From contig MGBH01000001.1 in assembly GCA_001790095.1 (NCBI GenBank), positions 390,001 through 422,000 on the forward strand: a stretch of DNA of 32,000 nt. Direction: 5' to 3'. This document shows positions 25,054 to 32,000 of the stretch, one piece after another (the first letter of the stretch is position 1; every line of letters starts with the position of its first letter). Below the pieces are notes generated by a model, which ran no database searches, was not told where the DNA came from, and saw only the letters and a program-made list of their open reading frames with translations. This stretch comes from Candidatus Saccharimonadota bacterium. Its GTDB lineage: Bacteria; Patescibacteriota; Microgenomatia; UBA1406; GWC2-37-13. The translations under genes and the position numbers were made by a program.

Positions 25054-26466
25054 ATGAAACAGTACAAACCCGTTATAGGTCTTGAGATCCATGTTGAACT
25101 TAAAACAGAGTCTGGGATGTTTTGTCAATGCAAGATTAACCAGTTTACCTCTCTTCCAAACAGTCATGTATGTCCAGTTTGTTTGGGCCTACCAGGAGCT
25201 CTTCCAGTGCCAAATAAAAAAGCCATTGAGTGGACAATTAAAATAGCTCAGGCACTTAATTGTACGATTAACAAACACACTAAATTTGATCGTAAACACT
25301 ATTCGTATCCTGATTTACCAAAAGGTTATCAGATTTCACAGTATGATGAACCGATTGCAATAAATGGGCACCTTGATTTTGAAGCAAACTATGGTACCAA
25401 CAAAAATGAAAGCAAAAGTTTTCGTATACATAGAGTTCACTTGGAAGAAGATACAGGAAAGCTTATACATAAAGGCGATGACACACTTATTGATTTCAAT
25501 AGATCAGGTACTCCTCTTGTTGAAATAGTTACTGAACCTGATTTCAGTTCAAGTACGGATGTAAAGATGTTTTTAGAGGAGCTTCATACTATTATTCGGT
25601 ACCTTGATGTCTCAGACGCTGATATGGAAAAAGGCACCATGCGGATGGAACCGAATATATCCGTAAGAGTAACCTCCAATGATCAAATTTCAAATTCCAA
25701 ACAAGAACCAATTTCCAAGTTCCAATTACCAAACTATAAAGTAGAAGTGAAAAATATCAATTCTTTCAATTTTGTCAAACGCGCAATCGATTATGAAGTA
25801 AAACGACATATTGAATTACTTGAACAAGGGAAAACGCCCCCTCAGGAGACACGTGGGTGGGACAGCGATCATAACAAGACCTATTCTCAGCGAACAAAAG
25901 AAGCAGCTCATGACTATCGTTATTTTCCTGATCCTGATATTCCACCGTTTGAGTTTAGTGATGAATATATTGAGTCTATTAGAAAAACTTTGGTTGAGCT
26001 TCCTCATACTAAAATGTATCGATACATCGAAATATTAAAATTGAAACCAATGGATGCTTATATATTAACAAGAGATAAAAACACTACAAAAAAATTTGAA
26101 ATAGCAATTAGTAATAATCTTATTACTAAAAATAATATTTCACCACAGACTGTTGCAAATATTTTTATTAACAAAATAGGTAAGCAATTACCTTCTAAAA
26201 CAGACAAAGCAATCGTTGAAGAAATATTTAGCTTACATAAACTTAAACAAGACCTATCCAATTTTTTAAATCCAGAAGAAGTGTGCGAAAAAGTAATTCA
26301 AAATAACCCAAATGTAGTTTCGGACTATAAAAATGGCAAACAAAATGCCATCATGTTTTTGGTTGGTCAGGTGATGAGAGAAATGAAAGGAAAGGCAGAT
26401 GCAAGTGTTGTAATAGCAAAACTCAAATCGCAAATCTCAAAAATACATCTCAAATCCCAAAACTGA
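25054..26466 (+). CDS. gatB: Asp/Glu-tRNA(Asn/Gln) amidotransferase subunit B
   Basis: Motifs VIGLEIHVELKT, CPVCLGLPGALPV, FDRKHYSYPDLPKGYQISQ, HLEEDTGK, EVKNINSF and LVGQVMREMKGKAD. It contains repeat-derived low-complexity insertions (see findings). Confidence 0.9.
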   Translation: MKQYKPVIGLEIHVELKTESGMFCQCKINQFTSLPNSHVCPVCLGLPGALPVPNKKAIEWTIKIAQALNCTINKHTKFDRKHYSYPDLPKGYQISQYDEPIAINGHLDFEANYGTNKNESKSFRIHRVHLEEDTGKLIHKGDDTLIDFNRSGTPLVEIVTEPDFSSSTDVKMFLEELHTIIRYLDVSDADMEKGTMRMEPNISVRVTSNDQISNSKQEPISKFQLPNYKVEVKNINSFNFVKRAIDYEVKRHIELLEQGKTPPQETRGWDSDHNKTYSQRTKEAAHDYRYFPDPDIPPFEFSDEYIESIRKTLVELPHTKMYRYIEILKLKPMDAYILTRDKNTTKKFEIAISNNLITKNNISPQTVANIFINKIGKQLPSKTDKAIVEEIFSLHKLKQDLSNFLNPEEVCEKVIQNNPNVVSDYKNGKQNAIMFLVGQVMREMKGKADASVVIAKLKSQISKIHLKSQN

Positions 26467-26520
26467 TAAGTATTAATATCTATAATTGTAGTTTTGAGTT
26501 TTGACATTTAACATTTGAGA
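26421..26520. repeat. Imperfect inverted pair of TCAAAT-type repeat blocks spanning the gatB 3' end and the gatB-dnaE spacer
   Basis: The forward block is actcaaatcgcaaatctcaaaaatacatctcaaatcccaaaac (26421-26463). The reverse block is gttttgagttttgacatttaacatttgaga (26491-26520). Segments such as tctcaaat/atttgaga are exactly complementary. Confidence 0.6.
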
Positions 26521-26527
26521 TAATATT

Positions 26528-29500
26528 ATGTCTTTTGTTCATCTCCATCTTCATACTGAGTATTCTCTTCTTGACGGCATGTGTCGTGTGGGTGATATCC
26601 TGCAAAAAGCAAAAGATCAGGGGATGAGCGCGCTTGCCATCACTGATCATGGCGCAATGTATGGAGCTTTTAAATATTATGTAAAAGCCAAAGAAATAGG
26701 TGTAAAGCCCATAATTGGCGTTGAGCTTTACAAAGCAAAAAAATCACGTTTTGATAAACAGGCAAATGTAGATCGCGACCGTTATCATCTTGTTTTATTA
26801 GCAAAAGATTTTGAAGGGTATAGAAATTTATTGAAATTAGTTAGTATTGCTCATCTTGAAGGATTCTATTATAAACCCAGAGTAGACTTTGAAATCCTCA
26901 AAAAATTCAGTAAGGGCATAATAGCCATGTCTGCCTGTTTGGCTGGCGAGATACCTCAAGCTTTGCTTCAAAATCAGACAAAAGAAGCAGAGCGTTTGCT
27001 AGAAACCTATCTTGACATATATAAAGATAACTTTTACATCGAGCTTCAACGTCATCCAAATGTTGATGATCTGGAAAAAGTCAACAAAGACCTTATATCT
27101 CTTGCCAAGCGGTATGCAGTACCTTTAGTGGCCACAAACGATGTGCATTATCCAAACAAAGAAGATGCATATGCACAAGAAGTGCTTCTATGTATTCAAA
27201 CGCAACGCACTATGCTCGAAAAAAATAGAGCCATGAGCATGTTAGATGTTCCCGACTATTACTTTAAAACAGAAGGCGAGATGAGGAATTCATTTTCAGA
27301 CTTACCTGATGCCATTGAAAACACCAACAAGATCGCAGATCTTTGTAACCTTGAAATACCTAATGGCAAATGGGTTTTGCCATATTATGAAACACCCAAC
27401 AACATGAGTCCGGAGGAACACTTAAAAGTTTTAGTAAACGAGAGAAAAAGTAGGACTGCGATATATGATAAAAAAGTTACAGAAAAGCGGCTCGATTATG
27501 AACTGGACATTATTACCAAAAAAGGGTACGCTACTTACTTTCTGATTGTACAAGACTTTGTTAATTGGGCGAAAAATAAAGGGATAGCTGTTGGGCCGGG
27601 AAGAGGATCAGTTGCAGGATCTCTTGTTGCGTACGTACTGCGCATTACAGACATAAACCCGCTTGAACACAATTTACCATTTGAGCGTTTTTTAAACCCC
27701 GAAAGGCCAACTCCGCCTGATATTGATATAGATTTTGCTGATATACGCAGGGATGAGGTGCTTGCGTATGTGACTAAAAAATATGGAAAAGAAAAAGTGG
27801 CTCAAATCATCACTTTTGGTGCTATGGAAGCACGCCTTGCAGTTCGGGATGTAGCGCGCGCCTTGGGTCAATCATATTCGCAAGGTGACAGGATAGCTAA
27901 GATGATCCCGCAGGGCAAACAAGGATTCCAAATGAAGCTAGCTCAAGCCTTGATTGAGGCTCCTGCACTTAAATTCGCTTATCAAAGCGAACCAGATGTA
28001 AAAAAGGTTGTTGATATCGCTATGCGCCTAGAGAGTCTTCCGCGTCATTCCTCGGTACATGCGGCAGGCGTCATCATATCAAAAGATGATCTGACAGAGT
28101 ATGTACCAATTCAAACAGAGTCAAAGGAAAACAGAGTCATCACTCAGTACGACATGTACAGTCTTGATCTCAATAGTGCTCCAAATGGTAAGGCTGTTGG
28201 TCTTCTAAAGATTGATTTTTTGGGTCTTCGCAATCTTACTATTCTTGAGGAGGCTTTAGGATTTGTAAAAAAAAGTCTTGGGAAAACTGTAGACATTCAC
28301 GACGTTTCTCTAACAGATAAAAAGACTTATGATCTTATTTCTAAAGGTGAGACTATTGGAGTTTTTCAACTCGAATCAGGTGGTATGCGAAGACTTGCAA
28401 AAGATCTTAAGCCTTCAAGAATGAGCGATATCATCGCTATGGTAGCTCTTTATAGACCAGGACCCATGGATCTTATCCCAATGTTTTTGGAGGGAAAAAG
28501 AAACCCAAAAAGCATTAAATATCTCCACAGGGATTTGATGACTATATTAGAGGAAACTTATGGGATTTTGGTATATCAGGAACAAGTTATGGAGATTGCT
28601 CATAGCCTAGCAGGTTATAGTATGAGCGAGGCAGATAATCTACGTATGGCAATGGGTAAGAAAAAAAAGGCCTTAATGGATAAAGAGCGTGTCAAATTTA
28701 TAAATGGCTGTGTAAAACGTAAATATACAAAACATCTGGCTGAGAGCATATTCAACTTCATGGAGAAGTTTGCAGCATATGGATTCAACAAACCACACTC
28801 AGCATCTTATGCTCTTATAGCATATTGGACAGCATACATGAAAGCTAATTACCCAGTTGAATACATGACCGCTCTTTTAACAGCGGAACTGCAAGGTGTA
28901 GCTGGTCCTATGCGTGAGATTAAAATGGCTCAAGCCATTGAAGAATGCCGACGCATGGAGATAAAGGTTCTTCCACCAGACATCAATAAATCCATCCACG
29001 ATTTTGAGATTGAAAATGGTGAAATACGTTTTGGTTTATCTGCAATAAAAAATGTCGGTGCTGCAGCTATTGAATCTATACTTGAAGCAAGAAAGACGGG
29101 TCCTTTTGCAGGTTTTAAGGACTTTCTCTTTCGGGTGGATTTGCGAAAAGTCAATAAAAAAACCGTTGAAAGTTTGGCAAAGACAGGAGCCTTTAATGGT
29201 ATGGCAAATCCAGCAACACTTCTTTTTTACTATCCGCAAATAGTCAAAGAATTAAGTGATGCAAAACAAGAAAGTTCCAAAGGTCAGTTTAGTCTATTTT
29301 TTCAAACCTCTTCTAAAGAAACGTTAAAAGACAATTTTGAACCTATACAAAATTTTTCTGAAGATGAGCTTATCACTATGGAAAAAGAAGTGATAGGATT
29401 TCTTATAAGCAAAAACCCTCTTATTAAATTTAAAAATATTATTGCACAAAAATCGACCAAACGAATAGGCGAGATAACTAAGGAAGATATTAATAAAACG

Positions 29501-29743
29501 CATGTGCTTGTTGGGGTTATTAGCAACCGAAAGATTATTAAAACGAAAAAAGACAACCATGAAATGGCATTTATCACAATCTATGACGAGACTGGTTCAA
29601 TAGAAGCGATCGTTTTTCCCAAATTGTATGCTAAGATAAGTTTGTCGATATCGTTAAATCAAGCGATTATCCTCAAAGGAAAAGTGACCGAAAAAGAAGA
29701 TCAACTGAGCGTCATTGTTGAGAACGCTATGAAATTAACTTGA
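26528..29743 (+). CDS. dnaE: DNA polymerase III alpha subunit
   Basis: 1071 aa. The PHP domain has FVHLHLHTEYSLLDG and ITDHGAMYG. The polymerase core has GPGRGSVAGSLVAY, PDIDIDF, RHSSVHAAGVIIS, DFLGLRNLT and FNKPHSASYALIAYWTAYMK. An OB-fold is present at the C-terminus. Confidence 0.95.
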   Translation: MSFVHLHLHTEYSLLDGMCRVGDILQKAKDQGMSALAITDHGAMYGAFKYYVKAKEIGVKPIIGVELYKAKKSRFDKQANVDRDRYHLVLLAKDFEGYRNLLKLVSIAHLEGFYYKPRVDFEILKKFSKGIIAMSACLAGEIPQALLQNQTKEAERLLETYLDIYKDNFYIELQRHPNVDDLEKVNKDLISLAKRYAVPLVATNDVHYPNKEDAYAQEVLLCIQTQRTMLEKNRAMSMLDVPDYYFKTEGEMRNSFSDLPDAIENTNKIADLCNLEIPNGKWVLPYYETPNNMSPEEHLKVLVNERKSRTAIYDKKVTEKRLDYELDIITKKGYATYFLIVQDFVNWAKNKGIAVGPGRGSVAGSLVAYVLRITDINPLEHNLPFERFLNPERPTPPDIDIDFADIRRDEVLAYVTKKYGKEKVAQIITFGAMEARLAVRDVARALGQSYSQGDRIAKMIPQGKQGFQMKLAQALIEAPALKFAYQSEPDVKKVVDIAMRLESLPRHSSVHAAGVIISKDDLTEYVPIQTESKENRVITQYDMYSLDLNSAPNGKAVGLLKIDFLGLRNLTILEEALGFVKKSLGKTVDIHDVSLTDKKTYDLISKGETIGVFQLESGGMRRLAKDLKPSRMSDIIAMVALYRPGPMDLIPMFLEGKRNPKSIKYLHRDLMTILEETYGILVYQEQVMEIAHSLAGYSMSEADNLRMAMGKKKKALMDKERVKFINGCVKRKYTKHLAESIFNFMEKFAAYGFNKPHSASYALIAYWTAYMKANYPVEYMTALLTAELQGVAGPMREIKMAQAIEECRRMEIKVLPPDINKSIHDFEIENGEIRFGLSAIKNVGAAAIESILEARKTGPFAGFKDFLFRVDLRKVNKKTVESLAKTGAFNGMANPATLLFYYPQIVKELSDAKQESSKGQFSLFFQTSSKETLKDNFEPIQNFSEDELITMEKEVIGFLISKNPLIKFKNIIAQKSTKRIGEITKEDINKTHVLVGVISNRKIIKTKKDNHEMAFITIYDETGSIEAIVFPKLYAKISLSISLNQAIILKGKVTEKEDQLSVIVENAMKLT

Positions 29744-29755
29744 CAAAGCAAAAAA

Positions 29756-30115
29756 ATGGATGATAGAATATATGCGGAAAATAAATTCAAAATCGGATCT
29801 GATTTTGAACTAAGGCCTCTTAAAAAAAAAGATCAGAAATATATTCGTAAAAGCGCGATATTATCTGAAGGTGAGGAGTATGAGGTGTTTCTTTCAAAGA
29901 AGAAAGAGACATCTGAAAAAAAAGATGGCAGTTTCCATGGGTTACAGTATACGCATTTGGGCTTTTATCTTATAACTCCCATACTTATGGGAGTTGCCTT
30001 AGGTATATATATTGACCGGTTTTTAGGGACAAAGCCCGTTGTAACATTGACATTGATTATGTGTGGAGGAATAGCGACATTTTACAATTTATTACGATTA
30101 ATTAAAAAGAACTGA
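29756..30115 (+). CDS. AtpZ/AtpI-like small membrane protein of the ATP synthase operon
   Basis: The C-terminal two-TM hairpin LGFYLITPILMGVALGIYIDRFLGTKPVVTLTLIMCGGIATFYNLLR matches the AtpZ pattern (G..lG..lD..lgT.P). It lies immediately upstream of atpB and has a hydrophilic N-terminal extension of about 60 aa. Confidence 0.6.
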   Translation: MDDRIYAENKFKIGSDFELRPLKKKDQKYIRKSAILSEGEEYEVFLSKKKETSEKKDGSFHGLQYTHLGFYLITPILMGVALGIYIDRFLGTKPVVTLTLIMCGGIATFYNLLRLIKKN

Positions 30116-30116
30116 T

Positions 30117-30854
30117 ATGCCTGAAATCAGCATCAAAGCAGAAACAATAACCTCTCTTTTTGGTTTTCATCTTACCAATTCTCTGCTACTGTCATTTGTG
30201 GGCGTTATTCTCATTTTTGTCATGGGAATAGCTTATCGGTCTCAGATAACCGCTTCCCAAAAAAGCGGTTTTTTTTATATTTTTAATGTTGTTTTAAAAA
30301 ATATATATATATTATTCAAATCAGTATTAAACAATGATATCGCTTTCTTTTTTCCCCTTCTTGGTGCCTTTTTTCTTTGGGTAATGATTCAAAACTGGCT
30401 CGGACTTCTTCCTGGAGTAGGCAGCTTACTTGTGGCAGTTAAAGAAGGAGAGCATACTCTACATGTTCCGCTTTTTCGAAGCAACAATGCAGATTTGAAT
30501 GCAACGTTGGTTTTGGCACTAGTTTCGGTGGTTCTAACCCAGATATTTGGAATAAAGTTTGTTGGGTTTAGATCTTATATAAAAAAATTTATTGATATAT
30601 CTAATCCTATTAATTTCTTTGTAGGAATTCTTGAGTTTGTTTCTGAAATTTCAAAGATTATATCTTTTGCATTCCGGTTATTTGGAAATATTTTTGCTGG
30701 TGAGGTGCTTATGACCATTATCGCTTTTCTCGTTCCAGTTATTGCACCGTTCCCATTTCTTCTTCTTGAGGTGTTTGTTGGATTCATACAAGCGCTTGTA
30801 TTTTCTATGTTATCAGCGGTCTTTTTAAGTATGGCGATTACAAAACACCATTAA
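30117..30854 (+). CDS. atpB: F0F1 ATP synthase subunit a
   Basis: 245 aa, polytopic. The conserved FRLFGNIFAGE motif (essential Arg) is present, and the operon context fits. Confidence 0.9.
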   Translation: MPEISIKAETITSLFGFHLTNSLLLSFVGVILIFVMGIAYRSQITASQKSGFFYIFNVVLKNIYILFKSVLNNDIAFFFPLLGAFFLWVMIQNWLGLLPGVGSLLVAVKEGEHTLHVPLFRSNNADLNATLVLALVSVVLTQIFGIKFVGFRSYIKKFIDISNPINFFVGILEFVSEISKIISFAFRLFGNIFAGEVLMTIIAFLVPVIAPFPFLLLEVFVGFIQALVFSMLSAVFLSMAITKHH

Positions 30855-30878
30855 AGTTTTTTATTTAGTAATTTCTAA

Positions 30879-31133
<255 letters not shown>

Positions 31134-31138
31134 AAAGT

Positions 31139-31636
31139 ATGGATAAGTTAGGAGTTGATATAAAGCTGTTGGTGGCACAGCTAACGAACTTTGCGCTTTT
31201 TTTCTTTATATTTCAAAAGTTCATAGCAAAACCATTTCTACACTTTATAAAAAATGAAGAAAAAAAAGATAAAGAAAGAATAAAGTTTCAAGAAGAGATG
31301 TCCAATCAAAAAGAGCTTATGATCAAGGAGGAAGCGAAAAATAAAGAGGAACTAAACAAACAAGTAAAGAACATACTTGATGAAGCAAAAAAAGAAGCAG
31401 ACGTGATTAAGAAGAGTCTTATTGAACAAGCAAGAAAGGAAGCCGCAGACCTTGCACAAGATTCAAAAAAGCAGCTTGCTGAAGAGGCGCGCCTTATGGA
31501 CCAATCTCTTAAACGCAAAGCAGCAGATTTAAGCGTAATCTTAGTTAAACAGGCACTTAAGGATTATCTCAATGAAAATGCTCAGAAGGACATAACAAGC
31601 CAAATTCTTTCTCGTTTACCAAACCAACACAACTGA
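31139..31636 (+). CDS. atpF: F0F1 ATP synthase subunit b
   Basis: 165 aa with an N-terminal TM helix (LLVAQLTNFALFFFIF) followed by a long charged coiled coil rich in E, K and A. The operon position fits. Confidence 0.8.
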   Translation: MDKLGVDIKLLVAQLTNFALFFFIFQKFIAKPFLHFIKNEEKKDKERIKFQEEMSNQKELMIKEEAKNKEELNKQVKNILDEAKKEADVIKKSLIEQARKEAADLAQDSKKQLAEEARLMDQSLKRKAADLSVILVKQALKDYLNENAQKDITSQILSRLPNQHN

Positions 31637-31637
31637 T

Positions 31638-31919
31638 ATGAATATAAATCCGCAGTTACAGTCTGTATTGCGCAAACATTTTGGGAAGGAACTTGATGAA
31701 ATACAGGATAAAGTACTTATCATAAGCGCTTACAAGCTTGCACCTGATGAAATAAACGCTATTGTTGCAAAATTCCCTCAGTGTCAAGGGAAAACTGTTG
31801 AGAATGAGGTTGATATAAGCATAATTGGCGGATTTGTAATTCATTTTGGTTCAAAACTTATTGATCTATCAGTCAAAACTTTATTACAAACGGTACAACA
31901 AAAACTATATGAAGAATAA
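31638..31919 (+). CDS. atpH: F0F1 ATP synthase delta (OSCP) subunit, short form (C-terminal domain only)
   Basis: 93 aa. VLIISAYKLAPDEINAIVAKF..GKTVENEVDISIIGGFVIHFGSKLIDLSVKTLLQTVQQKL aligns by eye to the C-terminal ~70 aa of bacterial delta (E. coli ..[40 protein letters not shown]..). Confidence 0.7.
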   Translation: MNINPQLQSVLRKHFGKELDEIQDKVLIISAYKLAPDEINAIVAKFPQCQGKTVENEVDISIIGGFVIHFGSKLIDLSVKTLLQTVQQKLYEE

Positions 31920-32000
31920 TTTAGATGAATACATAAAAAAAGTCGAGACACAACTAACCTCCACATCATCAATCAAACCGTCCATGCTTGAGGTAGGTCG
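31909..32000 (+). CDS. atpA: F0F1 ATP synthase alpha subunit, 5' fragment (runs off the window)
   Basis: The ATG at 31909 overlaps the atpH stop by 11 nt. MKNNLDEYIKKVETQLTSTSSIKPSMLEVG.. resembles AtpA N-termini, and the position after atpH fits. Only about 30 codons are visible. Confidence 0.55.
   Translation, partial: MKNNLDEYIKKVETQLTSTSSIKPSMLEVG

Noticed and set aside
8281-26520. A CRISPR array or minisatellite interpretation of the TCAAAT-type repeats
   Set aside because: The units are about 6-7 nt, degenerate and contiguous, with no spacers of 25-40 nt. The copies are short and scattered, and several lie in frame in CDSs. No cas genes are present.
29036-29577. Small ORFs on both strands inside dnaE (29036-29239, 29052-29243, 29302-29577, 29324-29560)
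   Set aside because: They are nested within the highly conserved DnaE frame and have low-complexity translations.

Overview
AT-rich (about one-third G+C by eye), gene-dense bacterial window with very short spacers and several overlapping start/stop codons. TGA, TAA and TAG all terminate conserved genes at their expected ends, so the standard bacterial code applies. The gene content (gatCAB, a compact atpZ-B-E-F-H-A operon, many envelope glycosyltransferases, small proteins) suggests an uncultivated small-genome lineage such as CPR/Patescibacteria; this is inference only.

The window falls into three blocks.

(i) 115-11405 is an envelope-glycan cluster. It holds two GT-C-like polytopic proteins (DUF2142-like and YfhO-like), three GT2, two GT4, a GT2-flippase fusion, an O-antigen-ligase/Wzy_C-like protein and a membrane-anchored Ig-like surface protein.

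(ii) 11460-16471 is a mixed-orientation islet bracketed by tRNA-Thr(CGU) and tRNA-Gly(CCC). It contains a tRNA-like element abutting an orphan 330-aa ORF, an alpha/beta hydrolase and a 2H-phosphoesterase-like protein with a degenerate motif. It also has a CtlX/amidinotransferase-like gene whose in-frame TGA removes the catalytic Cys, and an S66 (MccF/LdcA-like) peptidase.

(iii) 16514-32000 is mostly co-directional housekeeping: a LysM protein, lemA-htpX, an 862-aa AsnB fused to a CofE/F420-ligase-like domain, a 7-Cys ferredoxin, dxs, gatCAB, dnaE and the ATP synthase genes, with an unusually short delta subunit.

I saw no CRISPR array, rRNA, transposase or integrase.

A degenerate TCAAAT/ATTTGA short-repeat motif recurs in spacers and, in frame, inside several CDSs (peptides like KSQxSN). 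One copy lies at the AsnB/CofE-like junction.

The most novel-looking candidates are the AsnB-CofE-like fusion, the tRNA-like element plus orphan ORF in the tRNA-bounded islet, and the GT2-flippase fusion. All family assignments come from motif recognition by eye and need HMM or structure confirmation.
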